Assembly: GCA_013002865.1 (NCBI GenBank)
Contig: JABDLU010000202.1
Span: 1,062-65,061, forward strand
Direction of reading: 5' to 3'
Length of the DNA stretch: 64,000 nt
Source: Acidimicrobiia bacterium
Lineage (GTDB): Bacteria; Actinomycetota; Acidimicrobiia; Spongiisociales; SHLN01
This document shows positions 55,296 through 64,000 of this stretch, in pieces. The stretch's first letter is position 1; each line of letters starts with the position of its first letter. A program made the position numbers and the translations under genes. The notes below the pieces were generated by a model. The model made no database searches. It was not told the DNA's origin and saw only the letters and a program-made list of their open reading frames with translations.

Positions 55296-56975
55296 ATGGC
55301 AGACCTCAACCGCACGAGCCGCCGGATCACCCAGGAAGCCGCTCAGGGCGGGTCCCAGGCCATGCTGTATGCCACCGGTCTCAGCGAGGCCGACATGAAC
55401 AAGGCGCAGGTCGGCATCGCCTCCATGTGGTACGACGGCAATCCCTGCAACATGCACCTCAACGATCTGGCCGCCCAGGTCAAAGAGGGTATGACCGCGG
55501 TCGGTCTGGTGGGAATGCGGTTCAACACCATCGGGGTCTCAGACGGGATATCGATGGGCACCGACGGCATGAGCTACTCACTGCAGAGCCGCGACCTCAA
55601 CGCCGACTCGATCGAGACCGTGATGCGGGCTCAGTGGTACGACGCCAACGTGTCGATCCCCGGCTGTGACAAGAATATGCCCGGCTCGCTTATGGCGATG
55701 GGTCGGGTCGATCGGCCGTCGTTGATGATCTACGGCGGAACCATCCGGGCCGGCTTCTCACCCGGGGGCGAGGCGCTCGACATCGTCTCAGCGTTCCAGG
55801 CGTATGGGGAGCAGCTGGCCGACCGTATCACCGAGGAGGAGCGCTTCGACATCGTACGCCACGCCTGCCCGGGTGCCGGCGCCTGCGGCGGCATGTACAC
55901 GGCCAACACGATGGCGTCCGCCATCGAAGCCCTGGGGATGAGCCTCCCCTACAGCTCCTCTACCCCGGCGACCGATCCGCTCAAGCTCGACGAGTGCCAC
56001 CGGGCCGGACAGGCGATACGCCACCTGCTGGAGGAGAACATCCGGCCGAGCGACATCATGACGAGGGCGGCGTTCGAGAATGCCATGGCGGCGACGATGG
56101 CCCTGGGCGGCTCGACCAACTCCGTCCTTCACCTGATCGCGATGGCGCGTTCAGTGGGAGTCGACCTGACGCTGGACGACTTCCAGGCGGTCAGCGACCG
56201 GGTTCCGTTCCTGGCCGACCTCAAGCCGAGCGGCCGCTATGTGATGGAAGACCTGCACCAGGTCGGCGGGACACCGGCCGTCCTCAAACTGCTGCTGGAG
56301 CACGGGGCAATCGACGGCGACTGCCTCACCGTCACGGGCAAGACCCTGGCTGAGAACCTCGCGGGCGTTCCAGGATTAGCGGAGGGCCAGGATGTCGTGC
56401 AGCCGTGGGGCGAGCCGATCAAGGATTCCGGCCATATTCAGATCCTGCGAGGCAGCCTCGCCCCGGACGGCGCCGTCGCCAAGATCACCGGCAAGGAAGG
56501 CGTGCGCTTCACCGGCCCGGCCCGCCCGTTCGACAGCGAAGAGGACATGCTGGCCGCCGTCGAAGCCGACCAGATCGGCCCGGGGGACGTCGTGGTGATC
56601 CGCTACGAGGGCCCGAAGGGGGGTCCCGGAATGCCGGAGATGCTCACGCCGACGTCGGTGATCATGGGGGCCGGCCTCGGCGCCGAGGTCGCCTTGATAA
56701 CCGACGGCCGCTTCTCGGGCGGCTCCCACGGGTTCATCGTCGGCCACGTGACGCCGGAGGCTCAGGACGGCGGGCCGATCGCCCTCGTCGAGGAGGGGGA
56801 CACGGTCACCATCGACGCGACGACCCGGACGATCGAGGTCGAGGTCGACGACGCTGAACTGAGCCGGCGGCGGGCTGCCTGGTCACCCCCGCCGCTCAAG
56901 GCGACACGGGGCACGCTGGCGAAGTACATACGGACGGTGAGGCCGGCATCGGAGGGGTGCGTCACAGACGAATAG
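55296..56975 (+). CDS. ilvD: dihydroxy-acid dehydratase
   Basis: CDKNMPG, Fe-S cysteine motif [16 protein letters not shown], and SGGSHG. Confidence 0.95.
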   Translation: MADLNRTSRRITQEAAQGGSQAMLYATGLSEADMNKAQVGIASMWYDGNPCNMHLNDLAAQVKEGMTAVGLVGMRFNTIGVSDGISMGTDGMSYSLQSRDLNADSIETVMRAQWYDANVSIPGCDKNMPGSLMAMGRVDRPSLMIYGGTIRAGFSPGGEALDIVSAFQAYGEQLADRITEEERFDIVRHACPGAGACGGMYTANTMASAIEALGMSLPYSSSTPATDPLKLDECHRAGQAIRHLLEENIRPSDIMTRAAFENAMAATMALGGSTNSVLHLIAMARSVGVDLTLDDFQAVSDRVPFLADLKPSGRYVMEDLHQVGGTPAVLKLLLEHGAIDGDCLTVTGKTLAENLAGVPGLAEGQDVVQPWGEPIKDSGHIQILRGSLAPDGAVAKITGKEGVRFTGPARPFDSEEDMLAAVEADQIGPGDVVVIRYEGPKGGPGMPEMLTPTSVIMGAGLGAEVALITDGRFSGGSHGFIVGHVTPEAQDGGPIALVEEGDTVTIDATTRTIEVEVDDAELSRRRAAWSPPPLKATRGTLAKYIRTVRPASEGCVTDE

Positions 56976-56978
56976 TCG

Positions 56979-58172
56979 TCACGGGGGGCTGTTGGCGGTG
57001 GCTAATCGTTCGGCCTGCAAGGTGGCCCAGGTGTCGGCGGCGTCGAGCAGCAGGGCGACGTGGAGATCCTCGCGCAGTTGGCGCCGGGCCGGCTGGAATG
57101 GTGTGCCCCACTCGGTGATGAACGTCACCTCGTCATTCGGGTTGCCCTGGAGGGTCCAGCCTCGACGGTGGATGAGGCGGTGGTGAAACCCGCACAGGGT
57201 GATGAGGTTGTCGAGGTTGGTCGGGCCACCAGTGGCCCAGTGGATCAGGTGATGACCATGGGTCCAGCGGGTACGCCGACAACCCGGGAACCGGCACCCA
57301 CCGTCACGGTCGGCCATGATTCGACGCAACCAGGCAGGGATCTGGCGGCTGACCCGCCCAATACCCACCGTGAGCCCATCCTGATCGATCGCCGGCTGCA
57401 CCCTCCCATCACAGGTCAGTCGCAACAGCTCATCGCGGGTCACGGTCCGCCCCCCAATATCAACCGCTGATTCCGGGTCGGCTAGCGCGGCAGCGTCGAC
57501 ATGGACCACGATGGTTGCCCGATCATGATCCCGGTCCTCGGCCATACTCTCAGAGGACATCTGCACCAGCGCTTCACCAGCCCGGATCTGCGGGTCCCGA
57601 TACAACCCGGTGTGGGGATCAATCGGCGCTTTGGCACCCAACCTGGACAGCGCCGACTCCACCAGGATCCCATCCACACCCGGAATCGCCCCCCGCACCA
57701 ACAACGTCGTGTCATCCCACCACACATTGAGGACCGGGGACTCCGGACGGGACCGCTGCACCACCGGTATCGCCAGATAGGCACGGATCTCCCCGGCGAG
57801 ATCCTCAAGGCCAACCTCGGCTGCAAAGCGCAACAACTCGGTTTCGTTTTCCGGGGTGGCATACCGGGTCAAAACCAGCACCTCATCGAGCGACACCACC
57901 CCGGACCGGAACGCATCCTCGATGGTCGGCAACGGACTGAGCGCCTCCGCAGCCCGGAGCCACGCCCGCGCCGTCTTCGAGGAGATCCCCAAATCAAACG
58001 ACACCCAGGAAACTGCGTCGGTCATCGCGTTGGCCCGGGCCGCCTCATCCATATCCACCCGACAGAACAATTCAAACAACTCCAGGAACACCAGATTGAG
58101 CCGGGTATGGAGCCCAACCATCCGCTCCCTGACCTCCCGAGCCACGCTCCCATCGAGTCCGTTTGTACTCAT
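56979..58172 (-). CDS. DUF222 + HNH endonuclease protein (REP13E12-like family)
   Basis: N-terminal DUF222-like region. C-terminal HNH (CRFPGCRRTRWTHGHHLIHWATGGPTNLDNLITLCGFHH). Confidence 0.8.
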   Translation of the reverse strand: MSTNGLDGSVAREVRERMVGLHTRLNLVFLELFELFCRVDMDEAARANAMTDAVSWVSFDLGISSKTARAWLRAAEALSPLPTIEDAFRSGVVSLDEVLVLTRYATPENETELLRFAAEVGLEDLAGEIRAYLAIPVVQRSRPESPVLNVWWDDTTLLVRGAIPGVDGILVESALSRLGAKAPIDPHTGLYRDPQIRAGEALVQMSSESMAEDRDHDRATIVVHVDAAALADPESAVDIGGRTVTRDELLRLTCDGRVQPAIDQDGLTVGIGRVSRQIPAWLRRIMADRDGGCRFPGCRRTRWTHGHHLIHWATGGPTNLDNLITLCGFHHRLIHRRGWTLQGNPNDEVTFITEWGTPFQPARRQLREDLHVALLLDAADTWATLQAERLATANSPP

Positions 58173-58179
58173 GCCGCCA

Positions 58180-58203
58180 CCGTATCAACCGGGTGTGACA
58201 CAA
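58180..58203 (-). promoter_or_regulatory. conserved 23-nt motif copy 1 (TGTCACACCCGGTTGATACGGTG on the minus strand), probable leaderless promoter of the DUF222-HNH gene
   Basis: Ends 6-7 nt upstream of the ATG at 58172. The TACGGT fits an actinobacterial -10 (TAnnnT) positioned for a leaderless transcript. Confidence 0.4.
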
Positions 58204-58284
58204 ACCCCGGGCAGCCAAAAGAAATGTTTGGGAGCACCCCACGGCGGGTACCTGTCCACCACGCCAACACAAAGGAGTGGAGTC

Positions 58285-58350
58285 ATGCGACTGGGAATCA
58301 GCCTTACCGGACTGGTGCTTTTGATCATCGTTCTCGCCCTGATCTTCTAA
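58285..58350 (+). CDS. 21-aa hydrophobic small peptide (MRLGISLTGLVLLIIVLALIF)
   Basis: Strong SD AAAGGAG 7 nt upstream of the ATG. A single TM helix. Followed by a hairpin plus T-run. Confidence 0.3.
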   Translation: MRLGISLTGLVLLIIVLALIF

Positions 58351-58372
58351 TGCTTGCACCGGTTTCATTGTT

Positions 58373-58405
58373 CGGAGCTCCGTTCGCGGGGCTCCGAGCG
58401 GTTTT
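58373..58405 (+). terminator. candidate intrinsic terminator after the small peptide ORF
   Basis: CGGAGC-tccgttcgcggg-GCTCCG hairpin, then agcgGTTTT. Confidence 0.35.
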
Positions 58406-58498
58406 CACACGACTATTCGGCGATCGCGACCCGGACAGGCCAGAGGTCGCACCGGAGCCCCTTTCCGAGGAGTCGACCGAGTCGACCCCGTGATCGGG

Positions 58499-58693
58499 CT
58501 ACTCGTTGCTGGCCTTCTTGAGGAGGCGGAGCTTTGGCACCAGGCCGGCATCGGCGAGGGTGTCGATGGCCTCGGCCTCGTCGTCGGCCAACTCAACGCG
58601 CCGCAGCGGCGTACCTTCCAGCAGCACCGTCACGATGCAGTCGTCGCACGCGCTGGTGTGTTGCATCACGCATTCGTCACAGTCGATGAGCAT
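58499..58693 (-). CDS. small zinc-ribbon-like protein (two CxxC pairs), hypothetical
   Basis: Start at the internal ATG after AAGGAGG (MLIDCDECVMQHTSACDDCIVTVLLEG...), 64 aa. Confidence 0.5.
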   Translation of the reverse strand: MLIDCDECVMQHTSACDDCIVTVLLEGTPLRRVELADDEAEAIDTLADAGLVPKLRLLKKASNE

Positions 58694-58717
58694 CCGACCT
58701 CCTTTCACTGAGCGCAC

Positions 58718-58741
58718 CGTATCGAGCGGGTGTGACAGGAA
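58718..58741 (-). promoter_or_regulatory. conserved 23-nt motif copy 2 (TGTCACACCCGCTCGATACGGTG on the minus strand)
   Basis: 21/23 identical to copy 1. Lies about 25 nt upstream of the SD of the zinc-ribbon gene. Confidence 0.4.
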
Positions 58742-58743
58742 AG

Positions 58744-58853
58744 AGGGTTGCCAGCGATCAGCGATCAGCAATCAGCGATCAGCAATTGGCTATCGGCTAT
58801 CGGCTATCGGCCAGACCGGGGTCCGGCGACCGGCGACCGGGGACGGGCGACCG
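58744..58853. repeat. heptanucleotide tandem-repeat array, ~15 contiguous 7-nt units in three sub-families
   Basis: GCGATCA GCGATCA GCAATCA GCGATCA GCAATTG | GCTATCG x3 | GCCAGAC CGGGGTC CGGCGAC CGGCGAC CGGGGAC GGGCGAC CGGCTAG. It fills the intergenic space between the proS stop and the motif/promoter of the zinc-ribbon gene. Confidence 0.8.
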
Positions 58854-58854
58854 G

Positions 58855-61280
<2,426 letters not shown>

Positions 61281-61307
61281 CGACCGGACGCTAACGAGCT
61301 GTCACCG

Positions 61308-61826
61308 GTGGCGATGCGTAGCGATGTGGATCACATCCGTAGTGTGATCGCGATGACGGCAGCCGATGTTCTTTGGGTCCTCGATTTGCTCAAGTCGAGA
61401 GGCATTGAGGCCTGGATCGGCGGCGGATGGGGCGTCGACGCACTGGTCGGCTCCCAGACGCGGGATCACCTCGACCTCGATGTCTTCTTCGATCGAGATC
61501 AGGAATCGGACGTCGTGGACCTGTTCGCCGGAAAAGGCTTCGAGGAGACGGTCGATTGGCGGCCGGGGCGGTTCGTTCTCACCGACGGCATCCGGGAGGT
61601 GGACCTCCATCCGGTGGAGGTTTTTTCCGATCGATCAGCCGTCCAGCGCACGCACGATGGGCGCCGCTTCGATTACCCGGCGTCGGCCCTGATCACAGGG
61701 ACGATCGAGGGCCGGACGGTGCCGTGCATCGATGCTGCCCTCCAGTGGGCATTCCATCAGGGGTACGTACCGACGGCAAAAGACCGCCACGACATCGCGT
61801 TGCTCGAGCAACTGCTCGGGCGGTAG
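61308..61826 (+). CDS. ANT(2'')/Lnu-like nucleotidyltransferase-family protein
   Basis: AWIGGGWGVDALVGSQTRDHLDLDVFF aligns with the ANT(2'')-Ia motif LWIGGGWAIDARLGRVTRKHDDIDLTF. 172 aa. Confidence 0.7.
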   Translation: MAMRSDVDHIRSVIAMTAADVLWVLDLLKSRGIEAWIGGGWGVDALVGSQTRDHLDLDVFFDRDQESDVVDLFAGKGFEETVDWRPGRFVLTDGIREVDLHPVEVFSDRSAVQRTHDGRRFDYPASALITGTIEGRTVPCIDAALQWAFHQGYVPTAKDRHDIALLEQLLGR

Positions 61827-61955
61827 GCACCACGGGCGTAGGAGGACGACGGAGCAGGGGTCGACGATGGTGGGGAGCGCCCCTTCCGACTCGCAGGCAA
61901 GCGGTGGACCGGTCGGCTAAGGTCGATCCAATCCGCAGACCGGAGGTTTCTCGAG

Positions 61956-62879
61956 GTGGCAGCGAGGGTAGAGCGCATCCCGAAGAAGCGCTTTTCTGGT
62001 CCCGGCTGGCGCCCCACCGCAAAGGCCTACGTCTACCTCTTCCCGACGTTCTTCATCCTGGCGGTGTTCGTCTACTTCCCGATCATCGAATCGTTCCGGC
62101 TGAGCCTCAATCGGGTCGCTCCCTTTGGGAACCAGGAAATCAGCGTCGGCTTCGACAATTATCGCCGGCTTCTGACTAGCCCCGATTTCTGGGACACGGT
62201 GAAGGTGTCGGTGTATTTCATGATCGGCACCGTCCCGGTCGGAATCGGGCTGGCCGTCGCCATCGCCATCTTGCTGGCCTACCCGTTGAAGCGGCTCAAC
62301 TGGTTCTACCGAACGCTCATCTTCGTGCCCGTGGTCATTTCCAGCGCCATCGCCGGCACCCTGTTCAAGCTGCTGTACAACCCGGTGGTTGGGTTCTTCA
62401 ATCACTGGCTGAGCATCATCGGCATCGACGGCCCCAACTGGCTCAATGAACAGAACTGGGCGGTAGTGGCCGTCACGATCGCCGTGGTGTGGCGCCAACT
62501 CGGCTTCAACGTCATCATCGCCCTCGCCGGCATCCAGGCCATCGACGAACAGCTCTACGAGGCGGCCAAGGTCGACGGCGCCGGTGTGTTCAGACGGATC
62601 TGGCACATCACGCTGCCGATGCTGTCCCCGACCCTGTTTTTCCTCGCCGTCGTCAACGTCATCATCAGCCTGCAGGCCTTCGGCGAGATCAACATCCTCA
62701 CCGACGGTGGGCCGGGCCGGGGTACCACCAACCTGGTCTATCAGGTGTTTGTCGACGGATTCGTCGGCACCCGCTTCGTTGGCAGGGCGTCGGCCCAGGC
62801 ATTCCTCCTGGCGATCATGATCATCGGCATCTCCATCATCAACTTCCGCGGCCTCCGATCTCGGGTGCACTACCAATGA
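61956..62879 (+). CDS. carbohydrate ABC transporter permease (MalF/UgpA-like)
   Basis: GTG start. 6 TM segments. EAA loop (LYEAAKVDGAGVFRRIWHITLP). Confidence 0.85.
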   Translation: MAARVERIPKKRFSGPGWRPTAKAYVYLFPTFFILAVFVYFPIIESFRLSLNRVAPFGNQEISVGFDNYRRLLTSPDFWDTVKVSVYFMIGTVPVGIGLAVAIAILLAYPLKRLNWFYRTLIFVPVVISSAIAGTLFKLLYNPVVGFFNHWLSIIGIDGPNWLNEQNWAVVAVTIAVVWRQLGFNVIIALAGIQAIDEQLYEAAKVDGAGVFRRIWHITLPMLSPTLFFLAVVNVIISLQAFGEINILTDGGPGRGTTNLVYQVFVDGFVGTRFVGRASAQAFLLAIMIIGISIINFRGLRSRVHYQ

Positions 62880-63766
62880 CCACCGAACCCTTCCTGCTCG
62901 ACGAAGACATCACCGCCCAACCCGAGCACGTCGCGCCGCGCAGCAGGTGGGCCGATCTGCCTGTGCACCTGACGCTGCTCATCATCGGGCTCGCCATCGC
63001 CACCCCGATCATCATCTCCTTCTTCATCAGCTTCACGCCGCTTCGGGAGCTGGTGTCACGGGCCAATCCGTCAATCCTGCCGGACACCTGGACCTTCGAC
63101 AACTATGAGAAAGCGTGGAACGCCACACCGTTCGGCCGGTTCGTCCTCAACAGCTTCATCCAGACGGGGATCATTACTGCGGCGCAGGTGCTGTTCAGCA
63201 TCCTCGCCGGTTACGCATTCGCCATGTTCGAGTTCAAATTCAAGAACGCGCTGTTTGCCATTCTGATCGGCAGCCTGATCGTCCCCTTCGAACTGACCTT
63301 CATCCCCAACTTCCTCCTCATTTCAGACCTCGGGTGGGCCAACACCTATGCCGGGCTCACCGTACCGTTCCTGGCCAGTGCGTTCGGGGTCTTCATGATG
63401 CGCCAGTTCTTCCTGTCGATCCCGCGCGACCTCTACGACGCCGCCAAGATCGATGGGGCAAGCGATTGGAAATACTTGTGGGCGGTGATGACCCCCCTCA
63501 GCAAGGGAGCGATCTCGGCGTTTACGATCTTCGCCTTCCTCAGCGCCTGGAACCAATACCTGTGGCCACTCATCATCACGAATGAAGAGAACATGCGTAC
63601 CGCGCAGATCGGAATCCGGTTCTTCCTGGTCAACCAGGAACGAGCCACCGACTGGGGTGCGATCATGGCCGGGGCGGTCATCGTGATGATTCCGACGCTG
63701 CTCGTTTTCATCGTGGCGCAGAAGCAACTGGTGAAGGGGATCGCAGCGAGCGGTCTCAAAGGTTAG
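62876..63766 (+). CDS. carbohydrate ABC transporter permease (MalG/UgpE-like)
   Basis: The ATG overlaps the upstream stop as ATGA (MTTEPFLLDED). EAA loop (LYDAAKIDGASDWKYLWAVMTP). Confidence 0.85.
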   Translation: MTTEPFLLDEDITAQPEHVAPRSRWADLPVHLTLLIIGLAIATPIIISFFISFTPLRELVSRANPSILPDTWTFDNYEKAWNATPFGRFVLNSFIQTGIITAAQVLFSILAGYAFAMFEFKFKNALFAILIGSLIVPFELTFIPNFLLISDLGWANTYAGLTVPFLASAFGVFMMRQFFLSIPRDLYDAAKIDGASDWKYLWAVMTPLSKGAISAFTIFAFLSAWNQYLWPLIITNEENMRTAQIGIRFFLVNQERATDWGAIMAGAVIVMIPTLLVFIVAQKQLVKGIAASGLKG

Positions 63767-63796
63767 GGTCCTGCACATAACAGAGGGAGGTCAGGA

Positions 63797-64000
63797 ATGG
63801 TCCGAAAGACCAAATGGTTCATCCTGTTCGTGGTGTTCGCCATGGTGGCGGCCGCCTGCGGCGGAGATGACGGCAGCGACGATACGTCGGCAACGACATC
63901 AGGTGGCGGTGGCGAAGCAACCACCACAACCGCCTCGGGCACACCCCCGACGACGGTGGCGGCGGCAGAACCCATCGAGATCGAGTTCTGGCACGCGATG
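63797..64000 (+). CDS. ABC transporter substrate-binding lipoprotein (5' part; continues beyond the window)
   Basis: SD GAGGGAGG precedes the start. Signal peptide with lipobox (MVRKTKWFILFVVFAMVAAACGG), then a Thr/Gly-rich linker. Confidence 0.75.
   Translation, partial: MVRKTKWFILFVVFAMVAAACGGDDGSDDTSATTSGGGGEATTTTASGTPPTTVAAAEPIEIEFWHAM

Noticed and set aside
58744-58853. Possibility that the repeat block is a CRISPR array
   Set aside because: The repeat unit is 7 nt and there are no spacers. It is a minisatellite, not a CRISPR, and no cas genes are present in the window.

Overview
High-GC (~70%) actinobacterial chromosomal window with Streptomyces/Mycobacterium-like core synteny; gene density is high and most of it is housekeeping. 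Order: partial 3' ORF; dnaE (-); two tandem 6-phosphofructokinase paralogs (+); rluD-lspA-dksA/traR-like (-); a T-box leader followed by type-2 ileS (+); then a complete actinobacterial dcw cluster on the minus strand (mraZ-rsmH-ftsL-ftsI-murE-murF-mraY-murD-ftsW-murG-murC-murB-ftsQ-ftsZ-pgeF-yggS-sepF-yggT-divIVA), with most junctions showing ATGA/GTGA start-stop overlaps. Upstream of mraZ is a more accessory-looking block (hypothetical, tam methyltransferase, SDR, Usp, HNH nuclease, serine-less resolvase-domain protein, two coupled hypotheticals), then a moxR-DUF58-transglutaminase triad, merR, DUF3040, dinB, two membrane proteins, a histidine phosphatase interrupted by one in-frame TAG, a fabD-fabH-fabG-acpP-fabF operon, glgP, an aminotransferase, DUF1232, DUF2007, an unannotated 57-aa ORF coupled to an ArsA/Get3-like ATPase, SRPBCC, a metallophosphoesterase, queG, ilvD, a REP13E12-like DUF222-HNH gene, small peptide genes, proS (archaeal type), an EamA transporter, an ANT(2'')-like nucleotidyltransferase and a sugar ABC transporter. 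No rRNA, tRNA, CRISPR or obvious transposon was found. The features that looked most unusual and that the gene calls do not explain are: a 15-unit heptanucleotide tandem-repeat array in the proS/zinc-ribbon intergenic region; a 23-nt motif duplicated in front of two minus-strand genes; a candidate MraZ operator plus CCGTYGA x4 repeat upstream of mraZ; the ileS T-box with a Shine-Dalgarno-sequestering helix; the mixed PPi/ATP-signature PFK pair; and a 21-aa hydrophobic peptide gene with its own SD and terminator. The ORF track uses GTG/TTG as M, so several starts were re-placed at internal ATG/GTG codons, mostly where they form 4-nt overlaps with the upstream stop. My coordinates read off the text may be off by 1 nt in places.
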